Source: Nitrosopumilus sp.
GTDB lineage: Archaea; Thermoproteota; Nitrososphaeria; Nitrososphaerales; Nitrosopumilaceae
Assembly: GCA_965204345.1 (NCBI GenBank)
Contig: OZ241981.1
Coordinates: forward strand, 1,974,536-2,038,535
Reading direction: 5' to 3'
DNA length: 64,000 bases
The position numbers were made by a program, and so were the translations under genes. Below the pieces are notes generated by a model. It was not told where the DNA came from, searched no databases, and saw nothing but the letters and a program-made list of their open reading frames with translations. Positions 10,742-20,828 of the stretch are shown here, one piece after another (position 1 is the first letter of the stretch; the number at the start of each line of letters is the position of its first letter).

Positions 10742-11680
10742 ATGCAGAATTGGAGTCTGATCTTTGGGATTATCATAGCTTCCAGTCCGATTCTTTTTGC
10801 AATGGCTGCGTTTCCTGATTCCATAGCCTGGAGCTGGAATGAAGGAAGGGGCGGTTATTTCTTTGCCCTTATCTTTGTTGTAGCTGAGTTAATTGGATTA
10901 AAAATTGTAATCTCAAGAAAAAAACTGCTATCTGTAATCCCTATAGCCCTTGTAGTTGTTGGCTATCTTGTTTCCCTAGAGTATGGTCTGCGAGAATACA
11001 TTATTGCTTCTGCAGAATCCTTTGACGTTCAGCTAATTGACTCTTGGACCTGGATGTGGGACTTTGTTGTTATGGCAATCTTTGTAGTTGTTGCCTTGAG
11101 TATCTTTTTTGGAAGGCGTTGGATTCGAATTGCCCCTGCGGGACCTATATTTCTGACCGGTACTGCAATAATTCTCTCACTTGATGCATTTTTCCCATAT
11201 GACACGCTTGGTCCCTTACAATATGTCGTCCCATACTTTGTCCAAGCAAATGTTTGGATAATCACTGCACTTGATCTTGGAACCGCAATTGCCCGTGATA
11301 ATGTGATGTTCTTGCGTGGTGATCATGGCTCGATGGCGCTTCAGGTATTTTGGCCATCAGCCGGCGTTCACAGCATAGTCATCTTTTCACTGGTAATTGG
11401 TGCCTTTATGTTAAAACTCAATATCCCAAGACATCGAAAATCCATCTATTTTGTTTTGGGAATCATCGGGACCATAATTGTCAACCTGATTCGAATATTC
11501 TCTCTGTCTTGGTATGCTCTCAAGGTTACCACTGATCCTGTTGCTTGGGAGGAATATCACAAAATTGCAGGCGAAATCATGTTCTTGCCTTGGCTATTTG
11601 CCTTTATTCTGGTTGTAATTTTGATAGAATCCAGGCGACTCAAAAAATCTGAAAAACAACCCTCTAAAAGTATGACGTAA
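10742..11680 (+). CDS. artG: Thaumarchaeosortase (archaeosortase/exosortase family, Ser in place of catalytic Cys)
   Basis: Multi-TM; VFWPSAGVHS at the active-site position, NLIRI and late His (EEYH) match the family triad. Confidence 0.8.
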   Translation: MQNWSLIFGIIIASSPILFAMAAFPDSIAWSWNEGRGGYFFALIFVVAELIGLKIVISRKKLLSVIPIALVVVGYLVSLEYGLREYIIASAESFDVQLIDSWTWMWDFVVMAIFVVVALSIFFGRRWIRIAPAGPIFLTGTAIILSLDAFFPYDTLGPLQYVVPYFVQANVWIITALDLGTAIARDNVMFLRGDHGSMALQVFWPSAGVHSIVIFSLVIGAFMLKLNIPRHRKSIYFVLGIIGTIIVNLIRIFSLSWYALKVTTDPVAWEEYHKIAGEIMFLPWLFAFILVVILIESRRLKKSEKQPSKSMT

Positions 11681-12764
11681 TATCGCTCTGTCCCTGAATC
11701 CCTGTTAGTTCTGCAACCCTTACGCCCAGTCTTCTAATTGTCATGGCCTGATCTTCTAATGCCTCCTTTAGCAGCTGTTCTGCTGTTTTTTCCAACTCCT
11801 CTATGCTTGCTGTGGGACTGCGCAACATTCTTGATTTTGATTTGTTTGATAAATCAGACTGTACAAAATGTATTCCTACTGATTTGAACATTTGATTGTT
11901 TTTTTTCACAACCTCATGCACTTGTTGACATAATACTTTGATATTTTCTGATAAGAACTGATGATCTTTTGAATCCTTTTTTAGCGTTGTAATTTTACTG
12001 TACTGTATTCTTGCCTCTCTCTCTTTAACCGGCTCTCTGTCTATCCCTCTTGCTGCGTTGTAGATGTATGCCCCTGTTTTTCTACCAAACACATTATTCA
12101 GGGTAAAAATATCAATCTTTTTTAAATCTTGTATGGTTTCCAAACTCATCCCTGAAAGTTTTTCCTCTATTTTCTTACCGATACCAGGTATTGCTCTGAT
12201 TTTTAATGAGTCTAAAAATACCTCAACTTTTTCTGGCGATACTGCTGTTAACCCATCTGGCTTTTGATAGTCTGATGCAATTTTTGAGATTAATTTGTTT
12301 GGTGAAATTCCTATTGAGCAGCTAAGTCTTATCCTGTCTCTTATGGAGTTTTTTATCTGCTGTGCTAAGTGATTTGCTTTTTCATAACTCCCTTCTGTTC
12401 TTTTGGTTACATCCAAGTATGCCTCATCCCTTCCAACATATTCAAAAATATCTGCGCTGTCTTTCATAATCTCCATTGCCTTTTCAGACATGTCTGAATA
12501 GAAATCAAAATCCACTGACAGAAACACTGCATCCTTTCTTTCCCCTAGTCTTTTTTTTGCAAAAACTATCGGAATTCCTGATTTTACCCCGTATTTTCTG
12601 GCTGTATAGTTTGCTGTTGCAATTGCACCGCTATCCCCGCCCCTGTCTGAAAAAACACAAACACATACCGGCTTTGATTTTAACTCCGGGGCTCTTACTT
12701 CTTCACATTGGGCATAAAAATAGTCAAAATCTATGTGGAAAACTATTCTTGTTTCCAATACCAT
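11664..12764 (-). CDS. dinB: Y-family DNA polymerase IV (DinB/Dbh)
   Basis: HIDFDYFYAQCE, ANYTARKYGVKSG, DEAYLD, KPDG; C-terminal PIP-like QSDITSYF. Confidence 0.95.
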   Translation of the reverse strand: MVLETRIVFHIDFDYFYAQCEEVRAPELKSKPVCVCVFSDRGGDSGAIATANYTARKYGVKSGIPIVFAKKRLGERKDAVFLSVDFDFYSDMSEKAMEIMKDSADIFEYVGRDEAYLDVTKRTEGSYEKANHLAQQIKNSIRDRIRLSCSIGISPNKLISKIASDYQKPDGLTAVSPEKVEVFLDSLKIRAIPGIGKKIEEKLSGMSLETIQDLKKIDIFTLNNVFGRKTGAYIYNAARGIDREPVKEREARIQYSKITTLKKDSKDHQFLSENIKVLCQQVHEVVKKNNQMFKSVGIHFVQSDLSNKSKSRMLRSPTASIEELEKTAEQLLKEALEDQAMTIRRLGVRVAELTGIQGQSDITSYF

Positions 12765-12870
12765 GCTGATTCTTTTTGATTATTATTATATTGTGTCCCT
12801 TTTAACCTCTCTTTTTTAAAAAGTACGATTTCTACGTCTCTATTAAATACAAATTTGTACAATCTCTCAT

Positions 12871-12936
12871 ATGACAGTAATGTACATACCGATTCGGCCC
12901 TCTAGAAGAGACGACGACGACGAATCCGAAGACTGA
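12871..12936 (+). CDS. Micropeptide MTVMYIPIRPSRRDDDDESED (21 aa), paralogue 2
   Basis: Manual translation; TATA-like TTAAATA about 25 nt upstream, consistent with a leaderless transcript; matches 10574-10651. Confidence 0.65.
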   Translation: MTVMYIPIRPSRRDDDDESED

Positions 12937-12946
12937 TCTCCGGGTT

Positions 12947-13399
12947 TTATCTTGGCGGTTCCTTTTTGATTCTGTAGATGTTTTTCTTTGATATCACAAT
13001 GACCTCATTATCCTGTGTCGTTCCTTCACAATCTATTGAGATTTTTCCATACGTATCATCAATATCCTCTTTTTGCGACAGTGTAAATTTTAGTTTCAAT
13101 ACCTGATCTGTGTACAGTGGCTTGAGAAACCTGGTGTTTCTGTTCTCCCATTTTGCATCTCCGTCTGTACCTAGAAAAACTATATGATTCCCATAAACTT
13201 GATTCAATCTTGTAAATTCCCCCTCCATTCTTGAAAGAATTGCCCTTCCTGATACTAGATGCCTGCTATCGTTTTTTCTGTCTTCTAAAAAAGCATTTTT
13301 GACTCTTGAAAATTTTAGATACTCTTCAAGCTCTTTATCTGATATGCTGCATGTGGAATAAAATGATTCTCCTACCTGAAATTCTGAAAATTTTTTCAT
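12947..13399 (-). CDS. MaoC-like hotdog-fold protein
   Basis: FSEFQVGESF N-terminus and RFLKPLYTDQ resemble hotdog dehydratase patterns. Confidence 0.6.
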   Translation of the reverse strand: MKKFSEFQVGESFYSTCSISDKELEEYLKFSRVKNAFLEDRKNDSRHLVSGRAILSRMEGEFTRLNQVYGNHIVFLGTDGDAKWENRNTRFLKPLYTDQVLKLKFTLSQKEDIDDTYGKISIDCEGTTQDNEVIVISKKNIYRIKKEPPR

Positions 13400-13401
13400 T
13401 G

Positions 13402-15168
13402 TTACCTTGACTCATCAACACAGAAAATTACTTCTGATGATGAATTGGAACTATCTGTAACTAGGAAATTAAACGCCTCTGCAATTTTTTGATTATCTGG
13501 CTCTGTTCCCGTAACTGAGCCTGGGAAAATTGTAAAGATTCTGATCTGTGATTTTAGGACATCGCTGAGTTCTTGATTAACTGTGGTTGTAAACGGCCTT
13601 AGTGCCCCCCTGAATACCTCTATCTGTGCCCTTTGTGTTCCTGTAACCTTTCTTCCCACCGGGAGGTCAGGGCCAATTATCATGATGGAACCTGTTGTGT
13701 CTTTGAAGAGCCTTGGATCTTTTCCTCCGCCTGGAACAAACTCTTCAAGCGCTCTTTGGGCAACAGTTGCAGGAGTTGAGATGAATTTTGCAACCAGTTC
13801 TTCCCATTCTGTCCTGTTTAACTCTGTCAATTTTTCAATTTTTGGCAATTTTCCTGTAACGTGAATTACCCCTAGAATCTCCCCAATGTTGGTTTTGGCC
13901 GTGTTTAGCCATCTTTCAACTTGTTCTGGATTGGCAATGTCTACAACATGTGAGTGGAATTTTCCGCTAATTTGTTCTTGCAAGTTTGCAGGCGTTGTCT
14001 GTGAGATAAAACATGCGACTTTTCCTCCGTTCTTTTCAACATGCCCTGCCAAATACTCTACCCTATCTGCATCTGTTTTGTCAGTCGCGTCAATTGTGAA
14101 TACTATTGTCTTTCCACCAAAGTCTGGCTGATGTACTCCCGGGGCAGCAGTTCCAATGTGTGCCTTTACTGGATAAAATACTCTGTCCCCTGGAATGACT
14201 TTGCCGTTGATGATCTTTGCAATTTTATCATCACACAAATTAAGGACTGATTCTGCAACCTGTGCTTGTGATAAAAATTCCCGATTGGCAATCATGTGAG
14301 ATGTGTTGTTTTGAACCTTTTCTGCAATTGTTTGAATCTTTGTCAATAGGCCAGTTAATGTCCCTGTAAGTTTGGCAACATCTTTTCCATTTGCCACTTT
14401 TTCTGCCACTTTAGCGATTCCTTCCTTATCGATCCCATCAGCTAAAATACATTCTAACAAGTCATCTTTTACTTCCTCTACTTTTACTGGGGACAAATCC
14501 TCAAATCCGCTAACTCTCATAAACTCTGCTGCAGCTTTTGGATATACTGTCTTGTAAATCCTATCTGAATGGACCGGACCTGGATTTGTTGCAATTGATA
14601 TGATTCCTCTCTCAGCTAGTTCCCATGACATGCATTCAGCCAGTCTGTTCTTTGCACCCTGTGATGCCGTATACGGACTTCTGAACCTATACGGTCTCTG
14701 TTCTAATGGCCTTTCTTCAGTAAAGAACGTAGATATTGTGATTATTTTTCCTCCCTCCTTCATTACTTTTAGTGCCTGAACCGAACCCCAGAATGTTCCA
14801 GTAAGATGAATTCCTACGGTGCTCTTAAATTCGTCAAGTGGGGAGTTTGCAAAGCAAGTTACAGGACCGGAGACTCCTGCGTTGTTAATTATGTAATCCA
14901 ATGTAATGTTTTGACTCTTCAATGTGTCAAACATGCTGTTGATTGCCCCCTCGTCTGCAACATCCACTCCTGCAAAAATCCTCACCGTGGCATTTACTGA
15001 TTGTGGGATCTTGCCTTTAAGCTCTTTTGCTGCTGCCTCTAATGGCTCTTTTCTTCTTCCAAGAATGATTACGCTGGCGCCTTCTTCGATAAACTTGGTG
15101 GCAATGGCCTTGCCAATCCCTGTTCCGCTTCCTGTAATCAGAGCAATCTTGTTCTGGAATTTTGACAT
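13402..15168 (-). CDS. Two-domain SDR oxidoreductase resembling the N-terminal region of Chloroflexus-type malonyl-CoA reductase
   Basis: TGSGTGIG, NNAGVSGP, RSPY, PGPVHSDRI; second degenerate Rossmann domain. MCR resemblance is from recalled motifs. Confidence 0.75.
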   Translation of the reverse strand: MSKFQNKIALITGSGTGIGKAIATKFIEEGASVIILGRRKEPLEAAAKELKGKIPQSVNATVRIFAGVDVADEGAINSMFDTLKSQNITLDYIINNAGVSGPVTCFANSPLDEFKSTVGIHLTGTFWGSVQALKVMKEGGKIITISTFFTEERPLEQRPYRFRSPYTASQGAKNRLAECMSWELAERGIISIATNPGPVHSDRIYKTVYPKAAAEFMRVSGFEDLSPVKVEEVKDDLLECILADGIDKEGIAKVAEKVANGKDVAKLTGTLTGLLTKIQTIAEKVQNNTSHMIANREFLSQAQVAESVLNLCDDKIAKIINGKVIPGDRVFYPVKAHIGTAAPGVHQPDFGGKTIVFTIDATDKTDADRVEYLAGHVEKNGGKVACFISQTTPANLQEQISGKFHSHVVDIANPEQVERWLNTAKTNIGEILGVIHVTGKLPKIEKLTELNRTEWEELVAKFISTPATVAQRALEEFVPGGGKDPRLFKDTTGSIMIIGPDLPVGRKVTGTQRAQIEVFRGALRPFTTTVNQELSDVLKSQIRIFTIFPGSVTGTEPDNQKIAEAFNFLVTDSSNSSSEVIFCVDESR

Positions 15169-15267
15169 GAATAAAGTCTCCCTTCATCTGTGATATTTAT
15201 TTGGATTGATCTCCGAGGCGATTCTTTTCTTGATATCTTTATTTGTGGGTATGATTGATGATTCTTA

Positions 15268-15504
15268 ATGCATGATACAGAATCAGACACATTTGTCTAT
15301 CAATCATGGCCTGAAAAATTTGCCATAATGCTAAAAGAGATTGGTATAGATGCTGAATCCAAAGAAATTGGAACCGATGAAATTGAAAATGATGACTATT
15401 ACAGTAGATATTTTGCTCAGACGCCCAGAATGGTGACTAACAAGGGATGTATTGACGTTAGGAATTCAAATATTGACGCAGTACAAATTATTCAAAAGGG
15501 ATAA
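15268..15504 (+). CDS. Hypothetical protein
   Basis: 78-aa ATG ORF, 2 bp from the next gene. Confidence 0.65.
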   Translation: MHDTESDTFVYQSWPEKFAIMLKEIGIDAESKEIGTDEIENDDYYSRYFAQTPRMVTNKGCIDVRNSNIDAVQIIQKG

Positions 15505-15506
15505 TC

Positions 15507-15884
15507 ATGCAAGATCCTAATCCGCTTCCATGGGGTGCACTAGATAGATTTCAGGCTCAGTTTATCGTAAGAAAATCTGCTGGCTCTGCTTTTAACAATT
15601 ATGTTGCAAAAACCAAACTTACCACCCGGGGTCATTTTGCCTCCAAATCAGTAGTTAAGGTAGAATGGAATGGCTCTGGAAGCTTGGCCTCCATACTAAA
15701 TGATGATGCTGAGTTAAACGGCTTGATTGCAAGGCAGTCCGTAAAGGATGCAACCATCTATGTCGAGCCCACAGAGGTAGCAGTCAGAATCAGAGGCAAA
15801 TGGGATAATCACATTGCTTTTGGAATTACAAAGGAACTTTTTGAAATCTATGACAGAATAGCAGGTCACATTAAATCCGTTTAG
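15507..15884 (+). CDS. Hypothetical protein
   Basis: 125-aa ATG ORF, operon-like spacing. Confidence 0.7.
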   Translation: MQDPNPLPWGALDRFQAQFIVRKSAGSAFNNYVAKTKLTTRGHFASKSVVKVEWNGSGSLASILNDDAELNGLIARQSVKDATIYVEPTEVAVRIRGKWDNHIAFGITKELFEIYDRIAGHIKSV

Positions 15885-16417
15885 GCCTTCCACCAATCCA
15901 AGGCCAAAAAATCCACCTTGTCTTTGCCTTTTGGAATTGCCAAAATGAACTGCTTTCTAACCGTGGTTGCAAGCCTGCCTGCAAGAACTATTCCCGTGGA
16001 TGTGATTGACTCATTTCTTTTATACACCTGAATCAAGAACGGGGCATGATCTATGCCAGGACCTTTTTCATACACTGCAAAGTCACAGCCAAACTTTATC
16101 CCCGGATTTATGATGTATCCCTTGTCTCTGAAATTTTTATAGACTAGATATTTTTTATCAAATTCGTGAACCTCTTTTTTACAAATTGCAACTAATTTTT
16201 CTACAGTTATCCTTTTTTTGTATTGTATGACTGTTATTTTTTTATTCTCCAAAAGGTACAACCCTTCAATGAGATCTAAAATTAACGGCGCGTCTATTTC
16301 ACTGATCTTTGGTTTTGGTATGCCTATTGGTTTTCCATAGTACCCCCTGCTGAAAAGCTTTTTTGAGTCTTCAATATCCCATACGATTATCCTGTTTTCA
16401 ATTAATTCACTTTTCAT
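15881..16417 (-). CDS. endA: tRNA-intron endonuclease catalytic subunit
   Basis: LILDLIEGLYL, VYKNFRDKGY, GIKFGCDFAVY, H of DHAP, ATTVRK catalytic residues. Confidence 0.93.
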   Translation of the reverse strand: MKSELIENRIIVWDIEDSKKLFSRGYYGKPIGIPKPKISEIDAPLILDLIEGLYLLENKKITVIQYKKRITVEKLVAICKKEVHEFDKKYLVYKNFRDKGYIINPGIKFGCDFAVYEKGPGIDHAPFLIQVYKRNESITSTGIVLAGRLATTVRKQFILAIPKGKDKVDFLALDWWKA

Positions 16418-16513
16418 TGTTTTTACAAGTCACTATCTGTATATGAATTCTCTAGTACTGCAGGATTTTTTTTAAGCTAAAAATAAAGTAAAGTGGTGGG
16501 AATTTTAGTTTTA

Positions 16514-17167
16514 TTACAGGCTCAATGCCAATAATATGAAGGAATCCGATACTCTTTGGCATTTGTCTGCCATCTCCTCGATTCCCTCAATGACATCCTT
16601 GATCAACATCAACTCTTTTGTGTTTGTCACTTCTGTTAGAAGCTTCAATGTTGCCTGCCGGTATTTTATGTCAATTTCTCTTTCAATGGTCTGTGTTTCT
16701 TGGGCTAATTCAATGGCATTTGCTGTGTTTGTGTTCAGGCTGCGTATGATTTCATTTAGTTTGTAAACTTCGTCTACTACCAACTCTATGAGTACCGTAA
16801 TGTCCTTGTCCAGTTTTGCACTTTTCAGTGTTGAAATTTTTACATTTGATAGCTTAAATGAAATACCTGTGATGTAACCTGCAATTTCATCCATTGTATA
16901 AGCTGTGTTTAGAAGATTTTCCCTATTCATGATTAATCCTCCAACATCTGCAACTTCGCGTGTAATCTTTCTTCTCAAGTTTTCAACTTCTTCCTCAATT
17001 GTTGAGATTTGCTCAAGCGTGTTTTTGATTCCTGGCTTGTCTTTTTTCATCATTAGTTCAGGCAGTGTTGCAAGTTCTCTGGATGCATTTAGAATCCTGT
17101 TGATTTCGTCTTGTAAAACTGCGATAGCCTTTCTTTTTGCTTGAACCTCAAGCTCTCCGCTATACAT
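16514..17167 (-). CDS. DUF47/PhoU-like phosphate transport regulator
   Basis: Helical repeats IEEEVENLRR, IEREID, IEEMADKC. Confidence 0.8.
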   Translation of the reverse strand: MYSGELEVQAKRKAIAVLQDEINRILNASRELATLPELMMKKDKPGIKNTLEQISTIEEEVENLRRKITREVADVGGLIMNRENLLNTAYTMDEIAGYITGISFKLSNVKISTLKSAKLDKDITVLIELVVDEVYKLNEIIRSLNTNTANAIELAQETQTIEREIDIKYRQATLKLLTEVTNTKELMLIKDVIEGIEEMADKCQRVSDSFILLALSL

Positions 17168-17234
17168 AACATAAATGCAAAAACTTTGAGGTAATTTAAA
17201 TCCTCTACGGTTTTAGATATTTTTTGAGCACAAA

Positions 17235-19052
17235 TTACATCAAATTTTTGTCATGTGCCACTTTTTTTTGACCCTTGTACAACGTTATGACTTCCTCGTT
17301 TGTTGATGCGTCCTCTACTGCCTTTTCGATTCTGATCTTCCCTGTAAATTTTGGAAATCTCAGGGCCAATCCTGCATCTTTTCGAATTACATCCATGGCT
17401 GCCTTGTGAATTGGACTAAGTGTGATCTCTGATGCGACAACCTCAATGACTAGTTCCGGCTCAAACCACACGTCTGCCTCCATCTCACTTGTGATGCGCG
17501 GGTTTTTTTTGATTGTTACCTTTGGATAAAGAATCTGATATAACTGATCCAGGGATTCGTCTGAAAAACCCGTTCCAACCTTACATATGCTTGTGAACGT
17601 ATCATCATCTTCCTCATATGTTGCAAGCAGTAATGTCCCGTAACTTCCCGTCCTTCTGCCCTTGCCAAAAAATCCCCCTATCACTACCAGGTCTAGGCTA
17701 TCTCCCAGCTCGTTTCTGTATTCTCTTTTTAGTTTCAACCAATGACTGCCCCTTGATCCTGCCTGATACGGTTTGTCTAATCTCTTTAGCATCAATCCCT
17801 CGCTTCCCGCATTGATGCTGTTCTCCATAAAGTCTTCGACCTCGCTTTCATTTTTGACTATCTTCATGGGGATGTATTTTGCAAACTCATCTTCCTTGAC
17901 GTGCCTTTCTAATTTCTCTCTTCTTTCTTTGTAGCTTAGCTCTGCACAGCTTTTTCCATTACAGTACAACACATCAAAAAAGTTCACCGTAATTGGATAT
18001 TCTGCAACTGCCTTTTCTATCTTGTATTTCCTTCTCCTATGCATTAATTCCTGAAATGGCAAAAATTCCCCAGTGTTTTCATTTATTGCAACTGCCTCAG
18101 CCTCTAAGATAATGCTGTCAGCCTGAATGTTTTTTGGTATCTTTTCTATTATGTCCGGATAGTAGCTTTCAATGTTTTCTAAGCTTCTAGAAAACAATGC
18201 CACTTTTTCCCCTTTTATGTGGAGTTGAATCCTTTCTCCGTCTAGCTTGTATTCTGCAGCAAACTCATTTCCAAATTTCTCAATTACCTCCTCTTCACTT
18301 TTTACCCTGTCTGCCAACATTGGTCTAATGGGATTAAACAAGATGATTTCAAATTTCTCAATTCCTTCCAATCCTTTTACGGCAATTGTTTCTGCAACTT
18401 TGCCCAAGTCACTAGATACATTGTATGCGTGCTGTAATTTTTTTCTATTGTCTTTAGTTCCTGAGAATGCCATGGCCAATGCGTCCATTACCGTATTTTC
18501 TGCAACCCCCAATCGCAGTGTTCCTAGCAGTAACTTTGTAACAAATTTTACCTCAGTTGGCCTGGTTTTATTCCACAAGCTGGAGATAAAATTAATCTTT
18601 TTGTCTTGAATGTTTTTTCCTGCTCCCTCTAGCTGAGAAATTGCCCATAACACCTCGTAAACTCTTTCAACTGTGTTGGCCTTGGTATCAAAGATTGCCT
18701 CATCGTATGTGTCTGAATCAATTCCAAAATCAAATAATCCCGTCTGTGTCTTTTTCTCTAGTGTGTTTGAAATTGCAGTACCTAGATCCCCTGTTTTGTT
18801 CAGAGTCTCTATGATGTCTCTTTCATTAATTCCCAATGATTTTTTTGCCGCCCTTAACACCAGTTTTTCTGAAACTCCCAGCTCAATTCCTTCAAAATCC
18901 GGTCTTAGTTTTCCTTGAATGAGGTAAATTATTTTAGAAATTACTTCATTTGGTGTCTTTTCAAATAATTCCACTAAAAACTGTGTTAATTCCAATCTTT
19001 TTCTAGTCGATTCCATTTTGCTAAATGATTCAGCTAGTGTTGCAAACTCCAT
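17235..19052 (-). CDS. lig: ATP-dependent DNA ligase
   Basis: PMLA, EYKLDGER (motif I), EGLMLK, WLKLK, LRFP. Confidence 0.97.
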   Translation of the reverse strand: MEFATLAESFSKMESTRKRLELTQFLVELFEKTPNEVISKIIYLIQGKLRPDFEGIELGVSEKLVLRAAKKSLGINERDIIETLNKTGDLGTAISNTLEKKTQTGLFDFGIDSDTYDEAIFDTKANTVERVYEVLWAISQLEGAGKNIQDKKINFISSLWNKTRPTEVKFVTKLLLGTLRLGVAENTVMDALAMAFSGTKDNRKKLQHAYNVSSDLGKVAETIAVKGLEGIEKFEIILFNPIRPMLADRVKSEEEVIEKFGNEFAAEYKLDGERIQLHIKGEKVALFSRSLENIESYYPDIIEKIPKNIQADSIILEAEAVAINENTGEFLPFQELMHRRRKYKIEKAVAEYPITVNFFDVLYCNGKSCAELSYKERREKLERHVKEDEFAKYIPMKIVKNESEVEDFMENSINAGSEGLMLKRLDKPYQAGSRGSHWLKLKREYRNELGDSLDLVVIGGFFGKGRRTGSYGTLLLATYEEDDDTFTSICKVGTGFSDESLDQLYQILYPKVTIKKNPRITSEMEADVWFEPELVIEVVASEITLSPIHKAAMDVIRKDAGLALRFPKFTGKIRIEKAVEDASTNEEVITLYKGQKKVAHDKNLM

Positions 19053-19088
19053 TTTACTTCCATGTGTAATCCTGAATAAAGGTCTGAA

Positions 19089-19499
19089 TTAGATGTATCT
19101 GAAGATGGTTGGCTTGTCAGACTTTGGAAGATCTGAGACTAGCGCAAAATTGTAAAATGGATATGCGTCTTTGTACTGTTTCATAAAACTCCATGCCACA
19201 TCATGCGTCTTGAACTCTGTCCTTAATCCGGCAATCTCGCTTTTTTGGCCAAATACGTCAAATGGAACTATGGAGTATTTTTTAGGCCGATTATGCGGCT
19301 TTGCTTTTAGAAACCATGCCAGAGCAAAAATAAACACTGCCCCCAAAATAACATATTCTCCTGCTACCTTAAAGAATGTTAAAATGATGCTTGGGATGGT
19401 CTGTCCAAACAACACTGCCACAAAGCTTGAAAATGATATCACTGCAAGTGCTGTGAAAATATACGTCTTCCAATCAAATATCCTTTGAAAAGCATTCAT
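19089..19499 (-). CDS. Two-TM hypothetical membrane protein
   Basis: 136-aa ORF with two hydrophobic helices. Confidence 0.7.
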   Translation of the reverse strand: MNAFQRIFDWKTYIFTALAVISFSSFVAVLFGQTIPSIILTFFKVAGEYVILGAVFIFALAWFLKAKPHNRPKKYSIVPFDVFGQKSEIAGLRTEFKTHDVAWSFMKQYKDAYPFYNFALVSDLPKSDKPTIFRYI

Positions 19500-19564
19500 T
19501 GTCTAGATTGACTAGGATGTTTTTTGATTTAACTATTTCCTATGATTTGCACGATCTGAAATTA

Positions 19565-20698
19565 CTAGTCCGGATCTTCGTAATTCTCTTTCTTCTTGCC
19601 GCTATCTGTTTCTTCCATTGGCCTCATCTTGCCTTCTAGAACATCCATTCTTGCCCTGTATCCTTCGGCGTATTCCAATTCTGATGGAACAAGTGTTGCC
19701 GGATGAATAAAGCCCTGACTTCTAATTGCCATAGCTTTCCTTGTTGCATTTTCTCTGATATAGTCCCAATCCGGAGTTGAAAAGCCATCAAACGGTCCTG
19801 TCAGTTTTCCATTATGCATGCTAAATACCAGTGCCTCAACAATTGGAATACAAAAATTGATTGTAGCTGCCGAATTTAGCTTTACTGGCATCAAGGGCAT
19901 GTTGTGACTGCCTCTTGTGTTTCCTGCAACGTAATGGGGATTGTTAAATACACTTCCTACTTCCTCAGTTGCTGGAAAATTCTTTTGCGTTCTGACTACA
20001 CAAATTGGATCATCCTTTCCGACATATGTTCCCGCAATATTGTGCAGTCTGTCAGTTGATGCATCCAAAATTGGCTCACCGTCTTTTGTATAGACTGAAT
20101 CCACCACATATCTTCCCGGATACATTAGTGCTGCCTCGATAGTCGGCTTGTCTTCCCATAGATGTAACTCTGCAATCTGTGCTTTCTCTACATCCATAAT
20201 GTGAATCTTTACTCCGGCTGCAAGACTCTTGTTTACAATCAGTCCTGTGTTGCTTAGCGCATCTACAAACATTCTGTAAATTGGATAGTTGAATGCTCCC
20301 GGTTCTGTCTTGTCTGCTGCAAATACCGTGAATGCTTCGTTTGATCTTTCTTCGAATTCCATTTCTGCAACTCCCGGACCCATGCCTTTTACATTTCCTG
20401 AAAAAGAATCTTTTAGCAGATCTTGACCTGCCCCATAAAGGCCCTCTTCTTTTGCGACCTGAGTTCCTGCCATGAAAGCATCCCATGCCAGCTTGTGAAT
20501 TTGCTGATTATCTACTCCGTGGGTATGTGTCATTACGATGTGGGTATCGTCTCCACAATAACCAATGTAATAATCAATAAGCAAATCTGCTGAATTTTTG
20601 ACGGTATTTCTAATTGCTTCTACTAGTCCGTCACTTGGTTTTGTATGTCCGCCAACCCCGCCGACATCTGCCTTGATAACTGAAACTGTAATCCTCAT
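19565..20698 (-). CDS. fbp: Fructose-1,6-bisphosphate aldolase/phosphatase (FBPase class V)
   Basis: KADVG, GDD, GLYGAGQDLL, DKTEPGAFN, YVGKDDP, RGSH. Confidence 0.97.
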   Translation of the reverse strand: MRITVSVIKADVGGVGGHTKPSDGLVEAIRNTVKNSADLLIDYYIGYCGDDTHIVMTHTHGVDNQQIHKLAWDAFMAGTQVAKEEGLYGAGQDLLKDSFSGNVKGMGPGVAEMEFEERSNEAFTVFAADKTEPGAFNYPIYRMFVDALSNTGLIVNKSLAAGVKIHIMDVEKAQIAELHLWEDKPTIEAALMYPGRYVVDSVYTKDGEPILDASTDRLHNIAGTYVGKDDPICVVRTQKNFPATEEVGSVFNNPHYVAGNTRGSHNMPLMPVKLNSAATINFCIPIVEALVFSMHNGKLTGPFDGFSTPDWDYIRENATRKAMAIRSQGFIHPATLVPSELEYAEGYRARMDVLEGKMRPMEETDSGKKKENYEDPD

Positions 20699-20828
20699 AT
20701 GATTGGTTTTTCTACCTTTGATTTATGTGCTTTTAGCAGAGTTTTATGATCTGTAATTTATTGATCTTTTTTGGGTTTTTCTTCAAAAATTCATAACAGT
20801 AATAAATGCCCTCAGCAAGCCATCTCAT

